Shown here one piece after another: positions 9,795 to 20,106 of a DNA stretch of 64,000 nucleotides. Source of the stretch: Deltaproteobacteria bacterium RBG_16_49_23 (GTDB lineage Bacteria; Desulfobacterota; BSN033; UBA1163). Both the position numbers and the translations under genes were made by a program. The stretch covers positions 1,740-65,739 of the forward strand of contig MGQQ01000025.1 of NCBI GenBank assembly GCA_001798855.1, in the 5' to 3' direction. The notes under the pieces were generated by a model, which saw only the letters and a program-made list of their open reading frames with translations, had not been told where the DNA came from and searched no databases. Each line of letters opens with the position of its first letter. The stretch's first letter is position 1.

Positions 9795-10604
9795 TTATCT
9801 CTTCTTCTGTTCGATCTCCATCTTCTCTTTCGAGTAAGGCTGGATCATATCGCCCTTAAGGATGGCATCAAAGGCTTCGAGCACTTTTGCTGTATAAAAT
9901 TTTCCGGATTGATCGATGATCTCGAGATTACCGGTGATGCTATACTTCCTGCCAATCTTCTTATCCGTCACAGGGTCACGGATGATGTCCGAGGCCCTAA
10001 AAATCGTATACTTATTTCCGATTAAAATAGGTTCCGCTGTCTTAAAGGCCAGGTAAAGGAGATCGCCTTCTGCCATCAGGTTCTTTCCTTCCCTGTTATC
10101 AAGGACGATGCCGATTCCTTTGTGGTCAAAACCGGCAATAAATCCCGAATAACGAATCTCCGGAATAACCCTCTTCTCCTCATCCGGTTTTTTTTCTGCA
10201 ATACCCTCTGGCCTCTTCTCAACGACCGGCGGGGGCTCCACCTTCTTGACCTCCACCGGCTCTGGTTTGACTTCTTTCACCTCTTTGGGTTTCTCCTCAA
10301 CAACGGGTTTCTCCTCAACAACCTTCATCGGTTCTTCTTTTTTCGCCTCCTCAAAGGCTGAGAGGCGAACGGGATTTCCCGGATAGATCCAGTGGGGATT
10401 GGTGATGTAAGGATTTTTTTGCCACAATTTCGGCCAGAGGAATGGATCTTTTAAAAACTTTGCCGATATGTCCCAGAGCGTATCCCCTTTTTTGATGGTA
10501 TAAACTCCTTCTTCCTCCTTCTTCTCCTGAGCCATAAGGGTTAGAGCAAAAATGAGGGAGATAACGATCACCACAATGAGATGGAAACCCATCAGCCTTT
10601 TCAT
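9795..10604 (-). CDS. LysM peptidoglycan-binding domain protein with signal peptide and Pro/Glu/Lys-rich linker
   Basis: 269 aa; N-terminal hydrophobic signal; LysM YTIKKGDTLWDISAKFLKDPFLWPKLWQKNPYI; PEVKPEPVEVKKVEPPP repeats. Confidence 0.75.
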   Translation of the reverse strand: MKRLMGFHLIVVIVISLIFALTLMAQEKKEEEGVYTIKKGDTLWDISAKFLKDPFLWPKLWQKNPYITNPHWIYPGNPVRLSAFEEAKKEEPMKVVEEKPVVEEKPKEVKEVKPEPVEVKKVEPPPVVEKRPEGIAEKKPDEEKRVIPEIRYSGFIAGFDHKGIGIVLDNREGKNLMAEGDLLYLAFKTAEPILIGNKYTIFRASDIIRDPVTDKKIGRKYSITGNLEIIDQSGKFYTAKVLEAFDAILKGDMIQPYSKEKMEIEQKKR

Positions 10605-11057
10605 ATCGACCTCCTTATTATTAAATCATTTCCTGTTCTATCCGGATGAGCAGTGGAAATTTTTGTTTAAAATTAGCTTCTTAACTCTTCTTTGTCAAGA
10701 TAATTATTAAGCAATATTTATACCACATTGATGATCTTCGACATAACTATTGAATTTCATTTTGAAAATCCGTAAACCGGATGTCGGGTCACCTTCAAAT
10801 CAATATCAAAAATGAACATTTTTTATACAGCCGGACTATATTTCTGAACAAATATAAGCCTTTAAAGTGATGGAGGGTTGGGGGATGGAAATAATTAAAT
10901 TGGAACTAATTTTTTAAATCTTATTCATCGTTTTTTAGCCATGGACTACAGGTTAAAGGCCGTAGACAATGAACCGATCACCCCTCCGCCCACAACAACA
11001 TTCGCTGATTTTTCCATAGCCCATTCTGATTTAATTTCTATGAAAGGAGATTGGATT

Positions 11058-11726
11058 TCATCTCACAACACTCGATGAGATAAATTGCGCAAGAGTAAGG
11101 ATATCAAATATGGGAACCCTTATCACCTCTCTGATCGACTTGATAAAAACAGGCATATTGGCGCATTCGAGGACGAGAGCAGAGATATCCGGATTCCTTT
11201 TCATCAGAAGTAAAACTTCTTGAACCACCTCTTTTTCGATTTTTGGAACATCGATTTTCTCGCTGTTTTCAATGTAAACTTTGTAAAACTCGCTTCCCGG
11301 TTTCATCCCACGAATGACAATGGGAATATCTGCAGCCCCCACACCTTCGAAGTGGGCCATGGTTAAAGAGGTTTCGTCTGCTGTAAAGACGCCGATTTTC
11401 CCCTTCCTCCCCATAATCTGATAGGCCCAAGGGACCTGAATGAGGCTGGAAGAAAAAACTGGAACTTTCACCGAAGCGGCCATCTCTCTCTGCCAAAGTG
11501 CCAAAAAACCGCAGCTCGTTGTGACGGCTTTTGCTCCTCTTCTTTCTAAAACCCTCGCAGCCTGGATAAAGGGAGCAATGAGGGAAACATCCCTTTCCCT
11601 GACAACCCTTGAAGGAATGGCCCCCTTTACTTTTTCAAAGAGGACAGGAAAAGAATAGGATTGGGGATTCCCCACATCTCCTTCAAGCCTGGGGAAATGG
11701 GTATCGAGAAGAATAATCCCGATCAA
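11058..11726 (-). CDS. Asp/Glu/hydantoin racemase superfamily protein (arylmalonate decarboxylase/maleate isomerase-like)
   Basis: IGIILLDTHFPRLEGDVGNPQSY motif; two half-site Cys (TTSCGF, LECANM); track ORF begins with TTG at 11792, more likely TTG at 11726 preceded by AGGAG. Confidence 0.6.
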   Translation of the reverse strand: MIGIILLDTHFPRLEGDVGNPQSYSFPVLFEKVKGAIPSRVVRERDVSLIAPFIQAARVLERRGAKAVTTSCGFLALWQREMAASVKVPVFSSSLIQVPWAYQIMGRKGKIGVFTADETSLTMAHFEGVGAADIPIVIRGMKPGSEFYKVYIENSEKIDVPKIEKEVVQEVLLLMKRNPDISALVLECANMPVFIKSIREVIRVPIFDILTLAQFISSSVVR

Positions 11727-11890
11727 TAAAAATCTCCTATTAGAAAAATTTAGGGCATCTTTTCCATAACATAAAAAAAAGACCCTCAACAAGAGGAATT
11801 TTTTTCTTTACTTTTTTTTCATCATGGATTAAATAGGAGGCTTACCAAGGATACTTCCATCATTCCTTGGATTCCAGAAGGAGGTGGCTT

Positions 11891-12865
11891 ATGAGGAAGA
11901 TCGTCTATCTTTCAATCATTTCGTTTTCCATTCTTTTTGTTTCTCTGGCGCAGGCACAAACTCTGACCTGGACAGCAGGGGGAGTCGGTGGCGGATGGTA
12001 TGCCATTGCCGGGGGCATTTCAAACATCGTCAATGAAAAATCAGGTGGAATAATAGTGAAGGTCATTCCAGGCGGTGGCACGGTCAACCCCAGGTTGGTG
12101 GACAAAGGGGATTGCGAACTGGGCTGGGGACTTCCTTTCCTTAATGTGGCCGCATGGAACGGTGAAGACCCTTATGATAAAAAACATACAAACCTTCGTG
12201 CGATTGCGGGTGGGATGAGTCTGAATTTCTTCCATTTCTATGTAGCGGCTGATTCTCCCATCAAAACCATGGACGATGTCTTCAAACAGAAAAAAGCCCT
12301 TCGCATGGCCATTTCGCCCACCGGAACATCAGATGAATGGGTTTTCCGAAAAGTCCTGGCCGCCTATAAGACAGACTACAAAGAACTGGAAGCCACAGGT
12401 TTTAAGTTCTTCAGGGGCTCCTATGCCGAACAGGCAAGCCAGTTTAAAGATAGAAACGTGGACTCCGTCTTCACCTTCCTGGCTACTCCAGGAGCCGCTG
12501 TCACCGAGGCTTCCATCGGACGTTCCCTTAGGCTGATCCATTTCTCACCGGAGGCATTACAGAGCCTGAAACAGTACGGCATCGAATCAGGAAAAATCCC
12601 GGCAGGAACATATCCCAAAGCAGCCAATGCCGATGAGGACATTACGACTGCCACGGCTGGAAGTGTCATCCTCGTTAATAAAAATGTCTCGGATGATGTG
12701 GCTTATCGTATAGCAAAAGTGATTCATGAGAATCTCGATCAGTTCCGGAAGATTCATGGATCCCTGACCCCTTATCAATTGAAAGATGCTGTTACCGGAT
12801 TGGGGGCGATTCCTCTCCATTCAGGCGCTGAGAAATATTATAAAGAGAAAGGGATATTGAAATAG
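11891..12865 (+). CDS. TAXI-family TRAP transporter solute-binding protein
   Basis: Signal peptide then TWTAGGVGGGWYAIAGGISNIVNEKSGGIIVKVIPGGGTVNPRLV (TAXI signature); AGGAGG RBS before ATG 11891. Confidence 0.85.
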   Translation: MRKIVYLSIISFSILFVSLAQAQTLTWTAGGVGGGWYAIAGGISNIVNEKSGGIIVKVIPGGGTVNPRLVDKGDCELGWGLPFLNVAAWNGEDPYDKKHTNLRAIAGGMSLNFFHFYVAADSPIKTMDDVFKQKKALRMAISPTGTSDEWVFRKVLAAYKTDYKELEATGFKFFRGSYAEQASQFKDRNVDSVFTFLATPGAAVTEASIGRSLRLIHFSPEALQSLKQYGIESGKIPAGTYPKAANADEDITTATAGSVILVNKNVSDDVAYRIAKVIHENLDQFRKIHGSLTPYQLKDAVTGLGAIPLHSGAEKYYKEKGILK

Positions 12866-12941
12866 AAACCGGATCACGGGGGAAAAAACGCCTGCCCAAT
12901 CCTTTCCAGAATATGGGCGGGCGTTCTTATAGGAAATAGCG

Positions 12942-14825
12942 GTGCGCACACTGACAGGTTGGGGTAAAATCCCTGTTCTCATTTGGGGAATTGTTGTTTC
13001 CCTGCTCCATCTTTATACCTCTGGGTTTGGCACCTTTGAACCTCGAACGCAAAGGGGAATCCATCTCCTCTTTCTTCTCCCTCTGATCTATATTCTTTTC
13101 CCTGCCACAAAGAAATCACCAAAAAACCGTCCGAGCCTCTTTGATGCGATGGCCTCCATCTTATGTTTCTTAGGGCCTGCCTATATTGTATGGAATGCAG
13201 AGCGTCTCAATTTCAGGATGGTGGGTATGGACGAGGTTCTGCTTATTGAGATGGTCTTAGGCGCCGTCTTGGTCCTTCTGATTGTAGAGGCTGCGCGCCG
13301 TGCCCTTTCCCGCTGGATGGCGATCACGATTGCCATCTCCATCTTCTATCTGGCCACCGCTCCTTATTGGCCTGGATTACTGAAATTTAAAGGATACCCA
13401 TTCCCTCGAATGGTCGAAGTCCTGTTTTTAGCAGGAGATGAAGGGATCTTTGGATTCCTGACAGGCATCTCCTCCAATATCCTCTTCATCTATATCCTCT
13501 TCGCCAGTTTTATGCTTCATGCAGGGGTGGGGAATTTCCTCATCAACTTTGCGGTATGGGCTGCAGGTTGGGCAAGGGGTGGACCCGCAAAGATTGCTGT
13601 CATCTCCAGCGCCCTCTATGGAACAGTGAGCGGAAGCACGGTGGCCAATGTTTATGCCACGGGAAGCTTCACCATCCCTTTGATGAAAAAAGGAGGGTTT
13701 GTCCCCAAACAGGCGGCTGCTATTGAAGCGATTGCCGGCACAGGGGGGCAGATCATGCCGCCCATCATGGGAGCAGGGGCCTTCATCATGTCAGAGGTTA
13801 CCGGGATTCCTTATTTCAAGATCATTCAGGCTGCAGTCATTCCCGCACTGCTTTACTATCTTGGCCTCTTCTTCGTCGTCCACTTCATTTCGCTCAAACA
13901 GGGCATGTCCAGTATCCCAAGGGCCGAACGCCCGAGCATCTGGCCTATGCTCCGCAATGCTTACTTTTTTCTTCCCTTTATCCTCGTGATCGTCTTTTTG
14001 GGATATGGATATTCTCCCAGTAAATCTGCTTTCTTCGTTGTCCTGATCATCTTCGGCCTCAGTTTCCTCGACCGAAGAACCTGGATGACCCCTAAGAAGA
14101 CTCTGGATGCGCTCTTTGAGTCCGCAGTCAATGCGGCCATCATTGCCACCGCCCTTGCGGGATCCGGAATGGTAGTCGGGATTCTAACACGGACGGGCGC
14201 AGCGCTGGCCTTCGGAAGCGTCCTTTTGAGCGCTTCATTTAATAATCTTTTAATCGCCATGATCCTCGTCTTTCTGGTCGTCAGCGTTCTCGGGACCGGA
14301 ATCCCGACCACCCCTGCCTATATCATTGCTGTCATTGTAGGAGCCTCAGCCCTTGGAAAGTTTGATGTCGCCTTATTATCGGCCCACCTCTTCGTCTTCT
14401 ACTATGCGGTGCTTTCGGATCTCACCCCTCCGGATGCCATCACTGCTTTTGCGGCGGCAAACCTGGCCGGCTCTGAAATGATGACCACAGGATTGGAAGC
14501 CTTCAAGCTGGGAATTGCAGGGTTTCTTATTCCCTTCGCTTTTGTCTTCCAACCCGCCCTTCTCCTTCAGGGAACGCTCTCTGAAATCTTCATGGCAACC
14601 GGATTGACAGCCCTCGGGGTAGCCAGCCTTTCCGCTTTTCTGGTCGGACATGTCTGGTCTCCCTTAGGCTGGCTCCATCGTCTTCTCTTCGCATCCGCAG
14701 CCATCCTGCTGGTCTTTCCCACGATCGGCATGGAGTTGATTGGAATCGGACTGTCAGGGGGATTGTTTATCTGGGCAAGGATTAAAAAAACAATAACCAA
14801 ATCACAAGCACCAATCGTCAAATAA
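12942..14825 (+). CDS. TRAP transporter fused 4TM/12TM permease (TAXI-associated)
   Basis: 627 aa polytopic membrane protein directly downstream of TAXI SBP; typical fused DctQM-like architecture. Confidence 0.8.
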   Translation: MRTLTGWGKIPVLIWGIVVSLLHLYTSGFGTFEPRTQRGIHLLFLLPLIYILFPATKKSPKNRPSLFDAMASILCFLGPAYIVWNAERLNFRMVGMDEVLLIEMVLGAVLVLLIVEAARRALSRWMAITIAISIFYLATAPYWPGLLKFKGYPFPRMVEVLFLAGDEGIFGFLTGISSNILFIYILFASFMLHAGVGNFLINFAVWAAGWARGGPAKIAVISSALYGTVSGSTVANVYATGSFTIPLMKKGGFVPKQAAAIEAIAGTGGQIMPPIMGAGAFIMSEVTGIPYFKIIQAAVIPALLYYLGLFFVVHFISLKQGMSSIPRAERPSIWPMLRNAYFFLPFILVIVFLGYGYSPSKSAFFVVLIIFGLSFLDRRTWMTPKKTLDALFESAVNAAIIATALAGSGMVVGILTRTGAALAFGSVLLSASFNNLLIAMILVFLVVSVLGTGIPTTPAYIIAVIVGASALGKFDVALLSAHLFVFYYAVLSDLTPPDAITAFAAANLAGSEMMTTGLEAFKLGIAGFLIPFAFVFQPALLLQGTLSEIFMATGLTALGVASLSAFLVGHVWSPLGWLHRLLFASAAILLVFPTIGMELIGIGLSGGLFIWARIKKTITKSQAPIVK

Positions 14826-14934
14826 ATTCCAATAATCAATATCCAAACAAATTCCTATAAAATGATTGTTATTGGTTATTTTGGAATTGGGTGATTAGGG
14901 ATTATTTGGAGATTGGAATTTGGGTATTGGGATT

Positions 14935-16503
14935 TTATCTTTTCTTTCTTAACATCTTCAACAGAAAGACCATCTCCGCATTTTTTGCCAAATAAGAAAT
15001 AATGACATACACGATCAAGCCAATGGCAATCCCTGCTCCGAGGAGAGGGATCTTCTCCGTTTCATTGCCCGTTGTCGACCAATCCCCCATAGAGCAGATC
15101 AAATAGGCAATGAACCCCATGGGAAGGCTGCAGAGCAGCGTCCGGAAAAGTGATTTCACATTCTTGCTTGCCTCCATACCGCCCAATTTCGGATCCAGCC
15201 TCTTGCATAGAAGGATCAGGTTCAGAATCGATGAGAGACTGGTGGCCAGGGCGAGGCCGGCATGTTTCAAGGGAGTGAAGAATATGAAAACGGCATTGAG
15301 AACGACATTGGCTCCCAGGCAGATCAGTCCGATCTTGAGGGGTGTCCATGCATCCTGAAGCGAATAAAAAGCAGGCACAAGGGTTCTCACACCCGCAATG
15401 GCCCACAGGCCAATTGAATAGCACAAGAGGGCTTTTGCCGTCATCACGGTGGCAGTGTAGTCGAAAAGGCCCCTCTGGAAAAGGAGGTTGATAATGGGTG
15501 TCTTTAAAGCGATCAGGCCCGTCATGGCAGGAATGCTGATGAAAGAGGTGAGACGGAAGGTGAAGAAGAGTGACTCTTTCAACTCCTCCATCTTTCCTTG
15601 AGAGGCGAGCCCGGAAAGGCTGGGCAGGGAAGCCATCCCGATGGCAATGGCAAAAATCCCCAATGGAAATTCCAACAAACGGTCTGCAAAGAAGAGATAG
15701 GAGACGCTTCCTCCCGGGAGGAAGGAGGCGAAGATTGTATCGATGAAAACATTGAGCTGATAGACCCCTGTTCCGATAAGGCCCGGCACCATCAGGGCGC
15801 TGATCCGCCTGATGGCAGGATGTCCGAAATGAAAATTGAACCGGAAGGTGATCCCCTTCTGCCATAAAAAGGGGATCTGGAAGAGAAGCTGAATCACCCC
15901 TCCGGCAAGGACACCGATAGCGAGCGTCATGACCGGTTTTTGAAAGAAGTGATAGAAGAGAAAGACGGACAGGATAATGGAGATATTGAGGAAGATGGGG
16001 GCGATGGCCGGAGCGAAAAAGTGCCGATGGGAGTTGAGGATTCCCATGCAGAGGGCAAAGAGTCCCATAAAGAAAAGATAGGGGAAGATGATTTGATTGA
16101 GCATGACGGTCAACTGAAACTTTTCCGGGATTCCGGCAAATCCGGGTGCGATGATCTGAATTAAAACAGGTGAGAAGAGGATTCCGAAGAGTGTGATCAG
16201 CAGTAAGACCAGCCCCATCAGGGTGAAGGCGGCATGGGTCACCTCTTTCGTTTCCTCTTCTGACCGCTGGTGAAGGTATTCGGTATAGACCGGGATGAAC
16301 GAGATGGTCAACGACCCTTCACCCACCAGCCGCCTCCATAGGTTGGGAATTCGAAAGGCGACGAAGAACGCATCGGCCGCCATCCCTGCCCCGAAGAAAT
16401 GGGCGATGACCATGTCTCTTAAAAATCCAAGGATACGGCTGAGGAGAGTCCCCATCCCTATGGTGGAAGCAGCTTTTGTGATCTTCCTGTTTTCGGTCAT
16501 CAT
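14935..16503 (-). CDS. murJ: Lipid II flippase MurJ (MviN)
   Basis: MMTENRKITKAASTIGMGTLLSRILGFLRDMVIAHFFGAGMAADAFFVAFRIPNLWRRLVGEGSL; track ORF extends to 16749 but that extension reads through an intergenic repeat; ATG at 16503. Confidence 0.9.
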   Translation of the reverse strand: MMTENRKITKAASTIGMGTLLSRILGFLRDMVIAHFFGAGMAADAFFVAFRIPNLWRRLVGEGSLTISFIPVYTEYLHQRSEEETKEVTHAAFTLMGLVLLLITLFGILFSPVLIQIIAPGFAGIPEKFQLTVMLNQIIFPYLFFMGLFALCMGILNSHRHFFAPAIAPIFLNISIILSVFLFYHFFQKPVMTLAIGVLAGGVIQLLFQIPFLWQKGITFRFNFHFGHPAIRRISALMVPGLIGTGVYQLNVFIDTIFASFLPGGSVSYLFFADRLLEFPLGIFAIAIGMASLPSLSGLASQGKMEELKESLFFTFRLTSFISIPAMTGLIALKTPIINLLFQRGLFDYTATVMTAKALLCYSIGLWAIAGVRTLVPAFYSLQDAWTPLKIGLICLGANVVLNAVFIFFTPLKHAGLALATSLSSILNLILLCKRLDPKLGGMEASKNVKSLFRTLLCSLPMGFIAYLICSMGDWSTTGNETEKIPLLGAGIAIGLIVYVIISYLAKNAEMVFLLKMLRKKR

Positions 16504-16520
16504 ACGAATAAATCGAATGG

Positions 16521-16688
16521 ATTTAGTTGTTTGAAATCGTCTTGTAAAATCCCTCCCCTGCCTTCGCCGAAGCGGCTTCGCGCAGGCAGGCAACCTCCCT
16601 TTTCCAAAGGGAGGAGAAAGGTTTCCCCCTTTTGACAAAGGGGGATGAAGGGGGATTAGATCAGTTTTTTCAAAGCACCAAAGTGTTA
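16521..16688. repeat. Modular palindromic intergenic repeat, copy C (5' module + gccttcgccgaagcggcttcgcgcaggcaggc core + CCCCCTTTTGACAAAGGGGGATGAAGGGGGATTAGAT module)
   Basis: Shares the atttagYtgtttgaa..cttgtaaaatccctcccc 5' end and tttcccccttttgacaaagggggatgaagggggattagat..caaagcNctaaagtgNtac 3' end with copies at 22861-23030 and 23674-23842. Confidence 0.85.
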
Positions 16689-16874
16689 CAATAAATCGAA
16701 TTACAGCAAATGTGCTTAATAAACCCGAATTCGTTAGATTCGTTATCACTCGGGTAATTCGTCATCGAACTTGACACACGCTACCCTAAAATGTTAAAAA
16801 AATCAACAGACTCACCCTCTATCCTCTCCCCATAAGAGGATAGAGGGTGAGGGAAAAAGAAAGGAGATACAATT

Positions 16875-17150
16875 TTGGCCAGTCATCAATCAGCAATTAA
16901 AAGGGCAAAACAGAATGAGAAAAGGAGAGTCCGGAACCTTCATATCGAATCGACTGTAAAGACTTCGGTCAAGAAAGTGCGGGAAGCGATCGAAGAGAAG
17001 GATATGGAGGGGGCCACGAAAGCCTTATTAAAAACCATCCCTCTGATTCAGAAAGGATGTTCAAAGGGCATCTTTCAAAAAAATACCTCCGCCAGAAAGA
17101 TCTCCAGGCTGACCCAGGCAGTCAACAGTCTGAAACCAAAGACTGCTTAA
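16875..17150 (+). CDS. rpsT: 30S ribosomal protein S20
   Basis: 91 aa, ASHQSAIKRAKQNEKRRVRNL.. ; TTG start in track. Confidence 0.9.
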   Translation: MASHQSAIKRAKQNEKRRVRNLHIESTVKTSVKKVREAIEEKDMEGATKALLKTIPLIQKGCSKGIFQKNTSARKISRLTQAVNSLKPKTA

Positions 17151-17201
17151 AGCCTCCCGAATCAAACACCCTCCTACCTTTTTAAAACGGGAAACGTACT
17201 T

Positions 17202-18254
17202 CTATTCCCCTTTTCTAAAGGGGGGAGAGGGAGGATAAACAGGCCGGCAGAGGTCGATGACCAGCTTTTCCATCAGAAGATTCTTTGGGCCTCGCCCTTT
17301 TTTAATGGCTAAATCAGTCTGGTGACACTTCAGTATTCCTTCTCGCAGAGAAGCCTCGGGGAAACGCCTTCCTTGTTCTATCAATTTTTTAACATTCCAG
17401 GCCTGCATCCTGAGATTTCTCGCCATCTCTTCAAGGCCCTTCAGGCCGGAGACCATCTCCTTCACCCTCAAGATATTCCAGTAGTGCCTTGACATCATTC
17501 CTACCAGAAGGGGAACGGGATCCTCTTTCCTCTTCGGGACTGTCTCTTCTTTCTTAAACGGAATCGCTCTCGACTCCAGCGCTTTCTCCAGGATGGTCAA
17601 TGCTTTCTCCAGTTTCTGCTGGCCAATAGCGTCGGTTAAATCAAAAACGGTGCTGACTTTTACTTCCGAAGTAATTCCCTCCGCATCAGAAAGTTCAATC
17701 TTTTTCTTTTCGCCGACGCTTAAAAAGACTTTCTCCAGTCCATTATCGAGATCCTGAAGGTGATCTCCCGCAACCTCGATGAGATAGCTGGCTGACTCTT
17801 CGGAGATCGATTTTCCCTTCTCCTCCATCCTCTTTCTGACCCAGGAGACGAGCCCTTTCCCTTTCAACCGGGGATACTCGATCACCTTCCCGGCCTTCTC
17901 AATCTCTTTCTGGACTCTCTTCCATTGTCCCAGAGTCTGGCCGCACATCGTTAAACAGGTGGTGGAAGAAGGATTCCGGATATAGGGGAGTAACGCCCCC
18001 ACATTCTCCTCATCGAATTGGTCTGCTCCCCGTATGAGTACAAAGCGATATTGAGAAAACATCGGAAGGGTCCGGGCTGTCTGGGCAATCTCCTGACCGC
18101 TGTGTTCCTCTCCGTTGAAGAGATGAAGATTGAACCCCCTCTCCTTCGGGGAAAGGGTCTGGTTCAGTAATCTCTGGATCTCTTCTTCGATCAGGTAATC
18201 CTCGGGTCCGTAAAAAAAGTAGATGGGGAAAATGATTGAGTTTTGTTTCGTCAT
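17202..18254 (-). CDS. holA: DNA polymerase III subunit delta
   Basis: IYFFYGPEDYLIEEEIQRLL..RFVLIRGADQF; likely start MTKQNS at 18254 (track ORF extends to 18350). Confidence 0.85.
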   Translation of the reverse strand: MTKQNSIIFPIYFFYGPEDYLIEEEIQRLLNQTLSPKERGFNLHLFNGEEHSGQEIAQTARTLPMFSQYRFVLIRGADQFDEENVGALLPYIRNPSSTTCLTMCGQTLGQWKRVQKEIEKAGKVIEYPRLKGKGLVSWVRKRMEEKGKSISEESASYLIEVAGDHLQDLDNGLEKVFLSVGEKKKIELSDAEGITSEVKVSTVFDLTDAIGQQKLEKALTILEKALESRAIPFKKEETVPKRKEDPVPLLVGMMSRHYWNILRVKEMVSGLKGLEEMARNLRMQAWNVKKLIEQGRRFPEASLREGILKCHQTDLAIKKGRGPKNLLMEKLVIDLCRPVYPPSPPFRKGE

Positions 18255-18313
18255 TATTCTATTTTTACCATGTTTGTTGATCATACCGCAATTTAAGTTC
18301 CAATAACCAAATC

Positions 18314-19672
18314 TCAATTTCCAAATAATAACCAATGGACCAATGACCAATATCCAAATTTAGAAAACCCACACTCTCTATTTTGGTTGGAATTTTGATG
18401 ATTGAAATTTGGATAATATTTGATTATTGGCCTGCCTGCGCGAAGCCCCGCCTCCAGAAGCCTTGCGGAGGGCAGGCGCTTCGGCGAAGGCAGGCGCCTG
18501 GAGCCTGGCGCTTGATTTTTCTGGCTTCCTTCATAGAGATCATACTCCAATAGCCGGCATTCGATATTCGAATTGAAAAAGGGGATCTTCCTTTTTGTTC
18601 TCAACCCCACCCGTTTGGCCAGGTCGAGATTGCCGGAAAAGATATATCCATAGTATCCCTGGCACCGCTTCTTAAAAAAATCTCCGATTCCCTTATAGAT
18701 CTCTTTTAAGGCTTCCCTCTCACCCATCCGTTCTCCGTACTCCGGGTTGAGCACCACGACGCCCCCTCCGCTGGGGACAGGGGTCTCGCCATACGGACAG
18801 ATCCCGAATTCAATCCACCGTTCGACCCCTGCGGTCTGGGCATTCCTCTTTGCTCCCTGGATGGCCTCTCCACTGATATCTGTCGCAATAATCTTTCCAT
18901 CCATGGCATCTCTTGCCGTCGCTCTTGCCTTCCGGCGAATCTCTCTCCAGGATGATTCATCAAATCCCTTCAGGTGCATAAAGCCATAATTACTTCTCAG
19001 CAGTCCCGGCGGCCTTTCCAGGCCGATCAATGCCGCCTCGATCGCAAGCGTCCCGCTCCCGCACATGGGATTGATAAAGTTGCCGTTTCCCCTCCAGCCG
19101 GTGGCCAGAATCACCCCTGCGGCCAATGTCTCCTGCATGGGCGCCTTCAGAGGAATCTTGCGATAACCTCTTCTTGAAAGGGGCTGGCCGGAGGTGTCGA
19201 CAAAGAGCGAGACGGCCTCATCCTTCCAGAAGAGATGAACGACCGCCCGGTCTCTTTCCGAACCCGAATCCGGTCGCCGCCCGCGCACACTCTTGATCCG
19301 GTCCACAATGGCATCCTTGCATTTGACATTGGCAAACCGTGTATCCTTAATGGTCGGATTATCCACGGTTGAGGTCACACAGAAGTAACCCTCTTCAGGG
19401 ATCAACTCCTCCCATTTCATTGAAGAGACTCCTCTATAAAGTTCATCAGGATGTCTTGCTTTAAACCGCTCCAGAAAGAAAAGGACCCGATGCCCGGTCC
19501 GGATAAAAAGGTTCAGCCTCATTGCGTCATCCATCGTTCCTTCTGTTTCAACGCTGGCGGCGCCCTCGGAGAGAACCGGAAATTCGAGCAAACGGAGTTC
19601 CTCTTTCAAATAAAGAGGCATGGACTTCGCACAGGTAATGACGATTCTGCTCTTTCTTCCCCAGATATTCAT
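18314..19672 (-). CDS. rlmL: THUMP-domain class I SAM-dependent RNA methyltransferase (RlmL/RlmKL N-terminal-type, 23S rRNA m2G2445-like)
   Basis: THUMP region then methyltransferase motifs NPMCGSGTLAIEAAL, VVLNPEYGER; C-terminal ~70 aa of ORF are translation through palindromic repeat 18421-18500 and may not be native. Confidence 0.75.
   Translation of the reverse strand: MNIWGRKSRIVITCAKSMPLYLKEELRLLEFPVLSEGAASVETEGTMDDAMRLNLFIRTGHRVLFFLERFKARHPDELYRGVSSMKWEELIPEEGYFCVTSTVDNPTIKDTRFANVKCKDAIVDRIKSVRGRRPDSGSERDRAVVHLFWKDEAVSLFVDTSGQPLSRRGYRKIPLKAPMQETLAAGVILATGWRGNGNFINPMCGSGTLAIEAALIGLERPPGLLRSNYGFMHLKGFDESSWREIRRKARATARDAMDGKIIATDISGEAIQGAKRNAQTAGVERWIEFGICPYGETPVPSGGGVVVLNPEYGERMGEREALKEIYKGIGDFFKKRCQGYYGYIFSGNLDLAKRVGLRTKRKIPFFNSNIECRLLEYDLYEGSQKNQAPGSRRLPSPKRLPSARLLEAGLRAGRPIIKYYPNFNHQNSNQNRECGFSKFGYWSLVHWLLFGN
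18421..18500. repeat. Palindromic repeat family member E (gcctgcctgcgcgaagcc..gcttcggcgaaggcaggc)
   Basis: Inverted duplication of the gccttcgccgaagcggcttcgcgcaggcaggc core. Confidence 0.75.
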
Positions 19673-19770
19673 ACTATCACTTAATTTCAGATTTCAGATT
19701 GAAATACCTTCAATCTGAAATCAAGCCAAAAATATTTGAAAGTTGAAAATTGACGACATCCAAAAATTTA

Positions 19771-19885
19771 ACTCCTCCCCTTTCAAGGGGGAGGTTGGGA
19801 GGGGGATGGGTTTCTATTTCCTTATGAGCTTTATCGTCCCATCCCCACCCTAACCCTCCCCTTGAAGGGGCGGGAATACTTAAGT
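19771..19885. repeat. Palindromic repeat family member I (ctcccctttcaaggggga .. ccctccccttgaaggggcggg)
   Basis: Nested dyads of the CCCCTT-N-AAGGGG type. Confidence 0.7.
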
Positions 19886-20106
19886 TAGCGCTCATGCCAA
19901 CCGAGGAAGGAGTTCTTTTGAAAAGGAAATATTATAAATGTTAGAGATAAATTTTCAAATTTCATGTGTTCACATAAAAATTTTAAATGATATAAGCCAC
20001 CTGGTCCCGGATATCCCAGTTTACGAATAGGAGATATGATAGCATATTTCTCGCTTCGTTGCTCCTCTTTTTGCGTTCCGCATCTAAAAAAGATAAAATG
20101 TTATGA

